A stretch of DNA of 64,000 nt from NCBI GenBank assembly GCA_013265495.1, contig MU058714.1, positions 1,304,001-1,368,000 on the forward strand, read 5' to 3'. Shown piece after piece: positions 1 to 39,689 of the stretch (position 1 is the first letter of the stretch; every line of letters begins with the position of its first letter). Both the position numbers and the translations under genes were made by a program. This DNA comes from Vicugna vicugna. Lineage: Eukaryota. Under the pieces are notes generated by a model that saw only the letters and a list, made by a program, of their open reading frames with translations, was not told where the DNA came from and searched no databases.

Positions 1-25
1 AGGAGGGACAAGAGGAGGTGACAGG
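1..25 (-). other. Polypyrimidine tract of the next SLC38A10 acceptor (exon outside window)
   Basis: minus strand reads CCTGTCACCTCCTCTTGTCCCTCCT to the edge; the CDS is still open at the exon 13 donor. Confidence 0.55.
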
Positions 26-499
26 TGTTCCCTAAAATCACCCTCCACTTCGCCCCCTCCCTCCCCTGCCAGCAGTTTATATTCAACCTGATGATTACCA
101 GGGAGGCAATGAAAAAATATTTAACAATCTCACAGGCTTGTGGCAGGGAGCCAGTGGTAACCACCTTTGCCAGTTAACATGCAGGAACCGTCCTCAGCAG
201 CCCTGGGACGGCACTAACGATGCGGCACCTGTCAGGCCAGCCGCGCCCGTGCGCCCAGACGTGCAGGAGCACAAGACATGACGTTTAGCAGTCTGGCAAA
301 CAACCGAGTGACAGGTATTAGCTTAGCTGTCAGGCCGCCAGACTCCTGGTCCCCCCGCCTACCCAGATGCAGAGGCCAGCTACGTTCACACGCTGATCTT
401 GCAAGAAGAGAAAGGCAGCGGGACAGAAGTGAGGGTGGTCAGTCCCTCCTGCCCCTCCCCAGCCTCTCCCGGGCCCACACCGAAGGAGCCGACACCCAC

Positions 500-28790
<28,291 letters not shown>

Positions 28791-28914
28791 AGCGCGGGGT
28801 CTGGGGGCCACGGAGCCTCGGTCCAAGGCGCCGGGAGGACGCTGGGGCGCGAGACCCTGAGAGGGGCGGGTGGCTGCCTGGAGGAGGCGGCCTCGCGGAA
28901 GGCAGCGGGAGCAG

Positions 28915-28953
28915 TCAACCTCCAGACCCCGCCAGGCCCCGCGGCCGCCTCAT
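28915..28953 (-). other. Upstream ORF ([12 protein letters not shown]) in the probable 5'UTR
   Basis: GAAGCCATGA at 28953; TGA at 28917-28915; only minus-strand ATG between 28791 and 29100. Confidence 0.55.
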
Positions 28954-29574
28954 GGCTTCGTCACCCGCTGGTTCTCGCTGGCCACCCTGGTGTCCCCGCG
29001 CCCAGACCCGGAAGAGCCGCGGGGTGCCAACTAGGGACACCTCAGCCCGGCTTCGCGGCCGCCCTGACAGACACACTTCCGCCTTCCGCGGGCTACTCTG
29101 CCCGGAAGTGACGACAAGGAGGCGGGGCTGGGGCAGGGCTCTCACCAACGAGAGGCGGGCCTGGGCGGGGCCGCGTGGGCGCGGGGCCTGAGAGAGGGCT
29201 CGAGGGCGATGCCTGTCGGGGCGGGGCTTGGCGGGACACAAACCAATGAGGGGTGGAGGCGAGCCCGGGGGCGGGGCCTGCGGGGCGGGGCCGGGCAGCG
29301 GCGCACCTGTCCCAGGGCCCGCTAATCCTCCAGCGGAGCTGGGATTCTGAGCCGCCGTCTTGCAGGGCCGGGAACACGAGGAACTCGCCCTGCGGGGCCC
29401 CCATCCGGAAGGGCGTGAAGGTCAGCAGAGAAACGGCCGCGCCACGCTTTCTAGAGAGGAGCAGGATTTCAAGCACTCATTTTCAACATTTACACACTAG
29501 GACTGATTTCGGGAAGTGTGCTGGGGCCCGGGGCGCGGGGGCTGGGGCCTTATATGTCGGCACTGATGTGGTTC

Positions 29575-29655
29575 CGAGGAGTTATCACCTACGTTTTACG
29601 AGTGGAACGCTGAGCACAGAGAGGTCAGGTGACTCAGCAAGCGTACACAGCTCTT
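29575..29655. mobile_element. MIR fragment
   Basis: gttttacgagtggaacgctgagcacagagaggtcaggtgact...acacagct resembles the MIR core. Confidence 0.6.
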
Positions 29656-30579
29656 AAGAGGGGACGTGGGATCTGCTCCTTGTGCCAGTGCCTTTCAGAA
29701 CAGTACTTGGAGCAGTGAAACAAGGGACTCTAACATTCTAATATTAAAGGAGCAAAGAAACGTAGTGAGAGGACGGGAGAGGTAGAGACCAATATGACCG
29801 GAGAAATCAAGGAGGGCTTCGAGAAGGTGGCTTGTAGGCTGGTCTTGAGAGACAAATGGGAATGGAGGACGGAGATGGCTTTGGGGAAGGAGAGAACAGA
29901 GAAGGGCTCTGAGACATCTGTGAATTCCTGGCACCTGGCAGGTGCTATGTGTCTATTGAGTGAATACTCAGTGACAGGAGGGCTGGGATGGCCTTCTCAG
30001 GAAGAAGCAAGTAATTCCAAGCCAGCTGGAACTGTGCACGGGAAGAATTAAAAGTCACTGGGAGAGGGAATAGGGGAACCTTGTTTGTAGGCACATGAAG
30101 GACCTGATGTCTTAGGGCAGAGGCTGATGCCACAGCTCCAGGCAGTGCAGCCACTAGGTAAGTCTGTCCCACCTTCAACCCCCAGGCACCAGTGGAAGAG
30201 GAGGAAATGCCAGGTAAAGAGTAATTAAATTCAGAATGAAAGTAATAAATGCTATTCATTCATTTTTATATAAATCATAGTACATTCTATAACCTGCTTT
30301 TAATTAGTTATGTAATTTTTATGAAATATTATACATGCAAGATAGGATATAAAAATTAAATGTATCTTTCAATGAATAACAACAAATAGCCATGAGTCCA
30401 CCATTTGGCTTTAAGACAGAATCTTTGTAGAATCTTAGGTGCTCCCTTTGAGTCCCTCCACAATTTCACCTTCCTCCCCTCTTCACAACCATCCTGGGAG
30501 CATCACTATCCAGATTTTGTCAATTTATTATTTTTCTTTAAAGGTTTACCACATATGGATATATTCCTAAACAATTAAA

Positions 30580-31035
30580 GACTACTATGTGTCTCTTAAT
30601 ATTCATTTATTCTGTTTCCAAATTTTGCCAGCACATGTGGCGGCCAAGAATAAACAGTACACTTCCCAGCCTCCCTTGCAGCCAGAGGTGACCATGTGAC
30701 TAAGTTTTGACCAATGAGGAGTGAGCAGAAATGACAGGTGCAATTTCTAGGTCAGTTTTTAAAAGGAGGCAGTCTGTCCCTTCCTCCCTCTTTCTTCATC
30801 CTGCTGCTTGGAATATCAAGGTGATGGTAAGAAGCCATCGTGGGCCATGCAGACCATGGCAGGAGTGGGACAACAGGCCAGAAGGTGCCTGGATCCCTGG
30901 ACAACAACATGGGCAGAGTCACCATCCCAGCCCCTGGCCACATCCTCCGGGCTGCTCCATTGGAAGAGACAAATCATCTTGTCCAAGTCATTATTATCTT
31001 GGACTCTGTTTTGTGAAGCCAAATTTATAGCCTAA
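30580..31035 (+). mobile_element. ERVL-type solo LTR (LTR16/LTR33-like)
   Basis: cacttcccagcctcccttgcagccagaggtgaccatgtgactaagttttgaccaatgagg signature. Confidence 0.7.
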
Positions 31036-31456
31036 TTCAATTGTGTACTGGGAGAGAGCATTTTTGCACTTTTGACTTTTGTGTTAATGGATTTATATGT
31101 GTGTATTCTTCTGCAACTTCCTTTTTCACCCAACCTTGTTTGCAAGATACAGCATCATGTTGTACGTACTCTGCGTCATCTAGTCTCACTGCCCTGTGGA
31201 ATTCCACTGTTCAAAATAGCCCAGAGTATCTGTATCCATTCTCCTGCTGAGGGCACCTGAGTTGTCTCCAATTATTTGCCATTATAAACAGTGATGCAGT
31301 GAACATTACGGTCCTTGTCTCCTTAATATTTTGTCATTTCTCTGAGTAAATACCTGGAAATGGAATTGCAGATTCAAGTGTTTGTGCACCTTTGATTCTA
31401 CCACTTACTGCCCAATTGCTCTTCAACGTAGTCATGAGAGTTCCTGCCCGTTTACA

Positions 31457-31660
31457 TCAGAGCCTGGAGAACTATGTCAGTGAAGCACCAGGCAGCAAAA
31501 GTATTTTCTGCTTTGGCAGCCATGCAGTCTCTGCCACGACTATTCGAAAGCAGCCCTAGACGACACACGAACAAATGAGCATGTCTGTGTTCCAACGAAA
31601 CTTTATTTACAAAAGCAGGGCTGGCCCATTTGGGCTGAAGGACCGCCGATCTCGGCCCCG
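31457..31660 (-). mobile_element. MER58A-like hAT-Charlie MITE
   Basis: ctgtgttccaacgaaactttatttacaaaagcagg matches the reverse complement of the recalled MER58 core. Confidence 0.75.
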
Positions 31661-31956
31661 GCTCTACGTTGTCACAGACATTGGCCATCAGCAGTCTGGC
31701 CAATCTGGTGAATGAAATGGAATGTCGTTGTGGTTTTCCACTTGTTCTCCCTCATTACAAATGAGATTAATCACCTGCTCATATGTTTACTGACCATTCG
31801 TACTTCTTGAAATGCTTGTACGTTTCTGCTTGTTCATTTCTGCCCATTTTTCCAGTTAGCTGTTGGTCTTTGGTCTTACGAATTTTTAGTTCTTTCAAGG
31901 TGCTTGACAGTGAACCCTGTGTCCCTCGGTTGGGGCTTCTCTGATGTCTCCTGATC

Positions 31957-32541
31957 GTATTCGTTTTTTGTTGCTGTCATAACAAATCACCACACACTTA
32001 GCAGCTGAACCAACACAGATCTGTTCTTCCAGTTCCGTGGGTCAGAGGTCCCACGGGGATCTTACCAGACTGAAATCCAGGTGTCGGCAGGCCACCCCCT
32101 TTCTGGAAGCTCTTGGGGAGACTCCGTTTCCCGCTCACTGAGTAGCCGGCAGAATTCACTTCCTTCAGGTGGTAGGACCAAGATCCCTGTTTTCTTGCCA
32201 GCTGAAAACTGAGGCCTGGTCCCAGTTTCTAAAGGCTACATTCCCTGGCTGCAGGGGGTCATGGAGGGGGCTGCCTCCAACTTCAAAGCCAGCAGCCAGG
32301 GGAGAGAGCTGGCTTCCTCTCACTGCATCTCTGTGACCCAGCCAGGAAAAGGTTTCCAATTTTAAGGATTCATGTGATTAGATTGAGCCCATCCGGATAA
32401 TCCGGTATAATCTCCCCATCTCAAGGTCTGTAACCTTAATCACGCTGCAAAGTCCTTCCACAGAAGGTAACTAACGTATTGCCAGGTTCCCTGGTTTATG
32501 GGGTACACGTCTTTGGGGGGAGCCAGTATTCTGCCTCCCGC
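31957..32541 (-). mobile_element. MLT1 (ERVL-MaLR) solo LTR
   Basis: ttgctgtcataacaaatcaccaca ... gataatccggtataatctccccatctcaagg ... ccttaatcacgctgcaaagtcc. Confidence 0.8.
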
Positions 32542-35500
32542 ACTCACGATGAAATTCAAGCTACGTCTCTTCGGCAGGAAAACCATGGACGTGGTGCCAT
32601 GTTTCCACTGAACACTATCAGCTGCTGCACGCCTCCCCATTACTGGTGATGTCATCTTTGATCACTTGACGAGACAGCTCCCTTAAAGTTACATCTTTCT
32701 CCTTTGTAATTAATGAGTGGTTTGTGGGGAGGGACTTGGAAACTAAATATCCCAGTCCTTGTCAAATGTTCAACTTACTAATTTATCTCCATCACTGTGG
32801 ACTCCTGTTTTCCTACCGTATTCAGCGGGTTATAATCCTTACTATCATTACCTATTCTGATGCCCACATTGTCCCAGATTTGGACCACGAGAGCCCCTTC
32901 AGCTGGCTCCTGTGTCCTTGACAGTGTCCCCATCATTCCCCGAGCACTTCCTTGCTTTCTGGCTCAATAAGATATTCCCAGCTCATCGTGTACTTTTCTT
33001 GGACTCAGTCATTTCTCCAAAGAGCCCTGGTTCCTTCCAGTAGAGACTACTAATAGAGACCAAGGTCTGGGCCCCGGGTGCGTGCATGGCCATTGGGATG
33101 CCATGGCTCCTGGGTCCCTCCGTGGACAGAGCTTGGAGACACGTGTGCATGCACCACACACGTCTAGATTTCTCCCTATGTTTATCTACATGTATTGAAA
33201 GCCACAAGTTCACAGCCATACCTCGAATACCCCTGGAGGTCCAGGGCCACAGCGTTCATCCTGGTATCCTCCCTTTCCATATTTGTAACTCCGCAGTTGA
33301 GGCTCCCCTCCCAACTCGGGCTCCAGTACCTTCCCCTGGGATGCCCACCCCCACCCTAGACCCCCTCCCCACCCAACTCTGGTTCTGAGTGGCTTCTCAC
33401 CCCCAATCCCCGCTGGCACAGATACTCACTGTGCCCCGCCCCACCTAAAGGTTTTAGGACCGAAATTTAAAACAGGGAAGGGGAGCGCCATGGTCATTTC
33501 CAAAGATGCACCCCCTCTGTTCTCACTACCCACATGTGATTTCAATCATCGGAGTTGATGGGATGCTGCTGTCCCATGGGAGCCATCTGTGGCTTCCGAG
33601 GCACAAAGGCTGTGTGACCCTGGGCATGTAAATGAACCTCTCTGAGCCTGCTCTGGGACACCCATCTCTGAAGTGGCAGCAACTTTCCATTAGATCGCTG
33701 GAGGTGACACCATCTGGGAAATGAGAGGGAGGGGCTGGACGAGGATCCAGCCTCTGGATGCTGAAGACTTAGGTCTTCAAACAGGGGGGTGCTGAAGCCC
33801 ACCCAGCACATCTGGGGTGAGGTGAAGGACTCTGTTTCTCACATGCTGGGCCTGCTTTACCAAGGATGAGCACCCTGACCACCCCCTACTCTCCCCCACC
33901 ACCCTCTCCCCCACCTCAATCCACACCAAAGAAATGCAGGGGCCCAGCCTGGGTTAAATCCATGTGGGAGCTGTGGCTGCTTCAGAGAAGGTGGCCTGGG
34001 CCCAGAAGCAGGTGGTGGGCAGAGCCTGGGCCGTGGAACTGGCCCTGCCCTGGTTCCCTGGACACGGCATCAATCCTCAGTGTTTCCAGGTGTAAAACGT
34101 GGCCGATTATCCCCCTGCCGGGCTCCCCGTGAGGTCGCAGGGACAAGTCCGGAGGGCTGGTCCCTTCTCTCCTGGAAAGCAACACACTTTTTGGCAATCC
34201 TCTTCTTTTTCATGTGTCTCCTACTTCCAAACTGGAGGCATGATCTGGAGGCATGATCAGAGGCTAGGCTGGTCCCTCAGAAAGAATGCTGGGGACCCAG
34301 CGGGCGATGTGCGCAGCAGGGAGCCTCCGTGGGGTCTGGGTTTCCACACCCCCGCAAGCAGGGGTTAAACATTCGCTCCAGCCAAGTGGCTGAATTGGCC
34401 AGAAACCCAAGTTTCCATCCCCTCTCTGGTGGGGTTCCCCCCCTTTCAGACGGTCTGTGTCAGAGCAGAGCCTGGAGGCTGCCCCAAGCCCAGGGGGGTG
34501 GCCTCAGGGAGGAGGGGGCACCCAGGCCTGGTGGCCCCCTGGCCCTGACTCCCTGCACTCTCCTCCAGCTGTTTACATAACCCAGAACCATAAAACTGAC
34601 AACAGGTTCCGCAGAAAGGAATGGGTCTCAATTAGCATCTGCTGGGCGGAGCGGGCGCCATCCAACCCTCTCCCACCGGGGCCTCATGTCCAGAGGGAGG
34701 ACATTGCTGGAACCACGTGGAGGGACCAACTTCACCCGGAGCCTCAAGGCTGCAACCCCCCCCACACACACACACACTTGGCCCTGACCTTGGTTTTCTG
34801 GGTGGGAGCAGCGGCGGGTGCGGGCAGGCTTAATGAGGTGTGAGGAGAGAAGGGGGTCAGCCCCGGGGTTTCCCAAATGCACTCACTCCGTTCATTCCAT
34901 AGGCCCCCTTTTGGGGAGAGGGAGGGGCAGACAAGAGGTGGGGGAAGCCAGGGCTGGCTCCAGTGTGACCTGGAGGTTGATTACATCCCACTCTCCTCTG
35001 TCAGGGCCCCCACAGGTGGGAGATGCCTGGGGAGCCCGCCCAGGTGCACAGAAGCTTCACTAGGGCTGGCAAGGGGGAGATGGGCGGGGCCGCCCTTAAC
35101 ACCCCCACCCCCTATCCCCACTGAGGTGGGCCCAGCTTTGAGAGTCTATCCTTGGCCCCAGTCCAGCCCCTAAAACCACTGACTAAGGTTTTTTTCCCGG
35201 AGCTCAAGCTGTTGGTGACTCCTGGTGGCTCAGGATCCGGGGGAAGGGCTGAGGGCCGGGGGCCGGGCACCCTAGAGGAGAAGGCAAGAGAGCAGCTGCT
35301 GATGGGAGCCAGTGCTGGGTGGACTTGGGAGAGTCCTGAGGGGCCAGAGGGGCTTCCAGGGATCTCGACACTGGTTCTCTTTGCCTCCAGGGGCCTCTTT
35401 CTGAAGCAGGGACAGCTATGAGACCCTCTGTTAGAAAAACCACAGATTAACCATTCGCTCCTCCAGTGGCCTCCGCCCAGATCTCGAATCCCAGGAGACC

Positions 35501-35984
35501 AGGCAGACAAGAACCCAAGGAGGTGGGCAGACCCTGTCCATGCCAGGGCCTGGCCAGGTAACCCAGCCCTGAGGGAGATCAGTAGCCAGCTGGGCCCCTG
35601 CCTCTGCCTTGGCCCTGTCTCTCTCTCGCTGCTCCTGGCTACCCGTCACTGCCCAAGCCAACCATGTACTCCTATGGGGCCAAGTTCACAACCACCTAAT
35701 TTGCAGCACTCACCCTGGAGGATCCCAGGAATTGGCGCCATTAAATTGTGTGCAGAGGAGAAATTCCGTCTAGTTCCCGCAGGTTGCAGGTGGAGAAGGT
35801 CCGTGGGGCACACCACCTGGCCCAGGTTGTCAGCATGAGGGCATTGCCCATACACCGGGAGCTGACCTTGGGCTACGTTCACCTTGGTCAGCATCTCAAA
35901 GTGGCCACCTGACCAGTGTCCTTGCTGCCCTTTCCTCTATTAGCCGCACTTCTCTGTCCTTGTCGATGGCACTGCACCTGGCCA

Positions 35985-36180
35985 AGAGATTACTATTCCC
36001 ACCCCCTTGTGCAGCCAGGACAGTCACGTGACTAAGACCTGACCAATGTTAGCAGAAGGTTTGGCTGGACTTCAGGAAAGCCTTTTCAGTGGTCCTTTTT
36101 ACTTCCCTCCTCCTCCTCATTCCTGCTACCTGGAATGCAGATGCAATGGCTGGAACTCCTGCAGCTGCCATGGAACCACC
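35985..36180 (+). mobile_element. ERVL LTR16-like fragment
   Basis: gcagccaggacagtcacgtgactaagacctgaccaatg; similar to 30660-30830. Confidence 0.6.
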
Positions 36181-36199
36181 CTTCACTCCTCCTTTTCAG

Positions 36200-36442
36200 T
36201 CACCTCCCGCCCAATTTAATCTGTCAGGAAATCTTGTTGAGTTCATGTTCAGACACCCATGATTCTGACCACCTCTCACCACTTCCTCTGTTTGTACCAT
36301 GATGCAGGGCATCATCTTCTCTCTCCTGGACCGCTGCAGTGTTCTCCCCACTAGGTGCTTCCTGACCTCATCACAGTCTGTTCACCACCCAGCAGCCAGA
36401 AAGTCAGGTCATATCCGCTTCTCCTCCAAACCTCCTCACTCA
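36200..36442 (+). mobile_element. L2 fragment (resumes at ~37354 after the L1 insertion)
   Basis: 36299 onward translates MMQGIIFSLLDRC, resembling the L2 RT C-terminal LVQALIISRLDYC motif. Confidence 0.65.
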
Positions 36443-37353
36443 GGCCATCATTTAAAAAGTCCACAAATAGTGGGGAGGGTATATAGCTCAAGTGGTAGAG
36501 CACATGCTTACCATGCATTGCGGTCCTGGGTTCAATTCCCCAGTACCTCCTCTAAAAACAAAATAAAACCTACTTACCTCCCCCTGCCAATTAAGAAAAT
36601 TTTTTTAACAATACAATAGTAATTAAATAAAAAAAAATCTTTTTTTAAGTTCACAAATGATAAATGCCGGAGAGGGTGTGGAGAAAAGGGAACCCTCCCA
36701 CCTTGTTGGTAGGGATGTAAATCGGTGCAGCCACTGTGGAGAACAGTGTGGAGGTTCCTTAAAAAACTAAAAACAGAGCTACCACATGACCCAGAAACCC
36801 CACTCCTGGGCATATAGCTGGAGAAAACTCTAATACGAAAAGAAACATGCACGCCAGTGTTCACAGCAGCACAATGTACAATAGCCAAGACATGGAAGCA
36901 ACCTGTGTCCATTGACAGACAACTGGATAAAAAAAAAGAACAAATAATGCCATTTGCAACAATATGGATGGACCTAAACATGATCAGACTAAGTGAAGTA
37001 TGTCAGACAGAAAAAGACAAATATCATATGATATCACTTACAAGTGGAATCTGAAAAAAAAATGGTACAAATGAACTTATTTACAAAACAGAAAGGGACT
37101 CACAGGTATAGAAAACAAACCTATGGTTACCAAAGGGGAAATTAGGAGTTTGGGATTAGTAGATACAGACTACTGTATATAAAACAGATAAAACAACAAG
37201 GTCCTACTGTGTAGAACAGGAGACTATATTCAATATCTTGTAATAACCTATTATGAAAAAGAATATATATATGTAACTGAATTACTATGCTGTATACCAA
37301 AAACCAACAAAACATTGCTAATCAAACGTACTTCAATTAAAAAAAAAAACAGA
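36443..37353 (+). mobile_element. 5'-truncated younger L1 (ORF2 end + 3'UTR + poly-A), with a SINE inserted at 36470-36646
   Basis: ggagagggtgtggagaaaagggaacc ... cttcaattaaaaaaaaaa; 15-bp TSD AAACCTCCTCACTCA (36428-36442) / AAATCTCCTCACTCA (37354-37368). Confidence 0.92.
36470..36646 (+). mobile_element. tRNA-derived SINE (vic-1-like)
   Basis: A box TAGCTCAAGTGG, B box GGTTCAATTCC, AT-rich tail; TSD AAGTCCACAAAT (36457-36468) / AAGTTCACAAAT (36647-36658). Confidence 0.9.
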
Positions 37354-37444
37354 AAATCTCCTCACTCACAGTAGAGCCCTGGTCCTGGTGGGGGCCTGGC
37401 CAGGGCAAACCCCTGGGCTTCCTGAGAGAGGCAGCCAGTGGAGA

Positions 37445-37560
37445 TCCCTGTTACCCTCTCCATTTCACAGGTGGGGAAACTGAGGCTCGGTGAGGCAAGG
37501 CTATTTGCTCAAGGGCACAGGATTCCTAAGTGCGGGCCCAGATGTGGACGCAGGTCGGTG
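37445..37560. mobile_element. MIR
   Basis: ccatttcacaggtggggaaactgaggctc ... ttgctcaagggcacag. Confidence 0.75.
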
Positions 37561-37591
37561 TGGCTCCATAGATCCCACAAGCCTCTGCCCC

Positions 37592-37633
37592 CCGAGGTGA
37601 GCTGAGGGTCCCCCACCGAGGTGAGCTGAGGGT
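37592..37633. repeat. Tandem duplication, 24-bp period
   Basis: CCGAGGTGAGCTGAGGGT at 37592-37609 and 37616-37633. Confidence 0.9.
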
Positions 37634-39689
37634 GGCAGCGTCTTCTAGCCGGTGGTAAAGTCCAGCATCGCACCTGCGGGGGTGGCTCCTGGGGATGCCT
37701 TAGGCCACATCAGGGGAAAGAGGACAGACAGAGCACTAGTGCCCACACTAGACCTGCCCCCGAGCTCCCCTGCACGCAAGGTTTGGGGCCTCGTGTGGCC
37801 TCTGTAGACCTGATCCCCACCAGGGCCTCTCCTTCCCCTGGTCTGAGTGGGGAGCCCTCGGCCAGGTCCTGCCCAGCAGCTGGGAACAGGAAGTGTGTCC
37901 CCCGGCCCATCTGTGCAGCCAGGCTGAGCTGGAGGGACAGTGTGACCTCTGCGATGTCCCTGGGCTCAGGCAAAAGCTGCAGATTGTAATCTTGGCCTCC
38001 AGGAGAAAACTGCCCCTGAATCTCATTACCGTCTTGTAATTAGAGGTGGGGTGGGGAATCTGACAAAGCGGAAACCTGCTTTCATCTGTAGGGCTTTTCC
38101 CCCTTTCCTGAAACTTCCAGACACGAGGGAAGAGCTGCCTGGACACAGAGGAGCAGAGCTGCACGTCCGGATACAGGGAGCCACGTGCACCGGCCCTGTA
38201 GCCCCAGAGCGGGTGGGTTCCCCACCTCAGTCCCTGGAAAATTCCCAACCAGTCTCCTTTCCTGTTGAGGCTGGAGGCAGATCTAGGGGTGCGGGAAAGG
38301 CGGGGCCATTTTGGAGCTCATTCTCCTGACTCACCAAGCAGGTTAAGAGTTGGCACTGGACCCCAGGAGCACCCGACCCCTCATCAGCAGGCCACGCCTC
38401 TGGGCCTCCATCTCCCCAAGCTGGGGTGCAGGGCTGTCCCATGGCCACCTTCCGCTCAGCCCGGCCGATTGGGGCAAAGCCGGGCTAAGACCGCAGCACG
38501 CACTCGGGCCACACTCCTCCCTGCTCTTCAGACCACCTGCCGGGCAGGCCAGCGAGGGGTGCGAGGCCTCACCCCCACTTCCCAGGCTGCATCTCAGCGG
38601 TGGGGACAAAGAGGGGCTGTTCTGCAGGCGGGCACTCCCCAGGCTCGCCAGGGTGAGATGCCGCAACGGCGTTGTGAGTAAGCAGGGAGAGGCCAGAGGG
38701 GCGGCCCAAGCCAGACAGGTGTGCCCTGAGGTACGGGGTGGGCAAGGGCCTGGGGCTCCTGCCTGCCTTCCTCTTCAGCCCATTCTGCATCTGGTCCTCC
38801 CAGGCCCCGGAAGCGGGGAGACCGCCCCACGGCCACCACCCTACCCAGGCAGTGGCCCTGGATTCAGAGATGTCACTCATCTCCCCTAAAAGGTGTGCCC
38901 CAAACAGGGCTTCCCAAGGCACCGGGGAAGGCTGTGATCCACAGGGTGGGAGGGACACTAGAAAGTCACATGGGCCCGTTCACGTGGGGAAGTCTCTCCC
39001 TTGCCCTTGCCACTGGAACACTGAGCTCCTCCACGCTGCCCCAGCGGCCCCAGAGCGATAAATTTCTGACTTCTCTTTGCTTGGTTGGGGACAGGACTGG
39101 GATGGTGAGGGGGGGGGACACAGCTGGGAGTCCTGGGGCACAGTTGGGCGGTATCCAGGCTCCCCATCCAGCAGCTGCAGTCCCCCGGGCTCCCTGCTCC
39201 CACGGCTGCCCTGCAATTGGGCAGGACGGTGGTGGCCCGTGGGGCGGTATGCAGGAATGTGACGTGCCCGGGCGTGGGTGCAGCTTCTGAGAGCTTCCCC
39301 AGCTGTGCAGAGGCCCAGGCAGATGGAGCCTGGGTGATTAGAGCTGGTGGCAGCTGAGGGCTGATGGAGGGGGGAGTGCAGGTGGGAGCTGGGGGGCCCA
39401 GGCCCCTGCACACGCCAGGCAGGGGGCCGGAGCTGCGCCCAGGGGAGGGCAGCCTTCACGGAGACAGGGGTCCAGGGCAGGGAGGCTACGGGGGGCCGGG
39501 GGCAGGGCTGAGGGCGGTGGGCCTGCAGGAGCCCTCTGGGTGCCCACCCAGGCCTCATCTAGCCCTCAGGCCCCTCGCGTGGTGGAGAGTAGTCTCCCCT
39601 CCGACAGGTGCAGGAGGACCCACGGGCGTCCAGCCTGAGGGCAGCCTGTCTTCACTCTCCTACAGAGGAGCTGCTGCTGGGAGGCCTGG

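Larger units (their letters stand above)
30290..33230 (-). mobile_element. Old antisense L1M remnants interrupted by an ERVL LTR, MER58 and MLT1
   Basis: T-rich L1 antisense motifs (ccattctcctgctgagggcacctgagttgtctcca; ttataaacagtgatgcagtgaacat). Confidence 0.7.

Noticed and set aside
28791..28826. N-terminal extension of SLC38A10 ([12 protein letters not shown]) from the ORF track
   Set aside because: Starts at TTG; the ATG at 28790 gives the recognised N-terminus.
36470..36560. tRNA gene (A/B boxes here and at 19485, 57915, 61739)
   Set aside because: No complete acceptor stem; A-rich tails and TSDs identify these as SINE heads.
36574..37054. ORFs 36574-36981 (-) and 36857-37054 (+)
   Set aside because: Antisense and sense readings of the truncated L1 ORF2 end ([16 protein letters not shown] is L1 ORF2 C-terminal-like); not a host gene.
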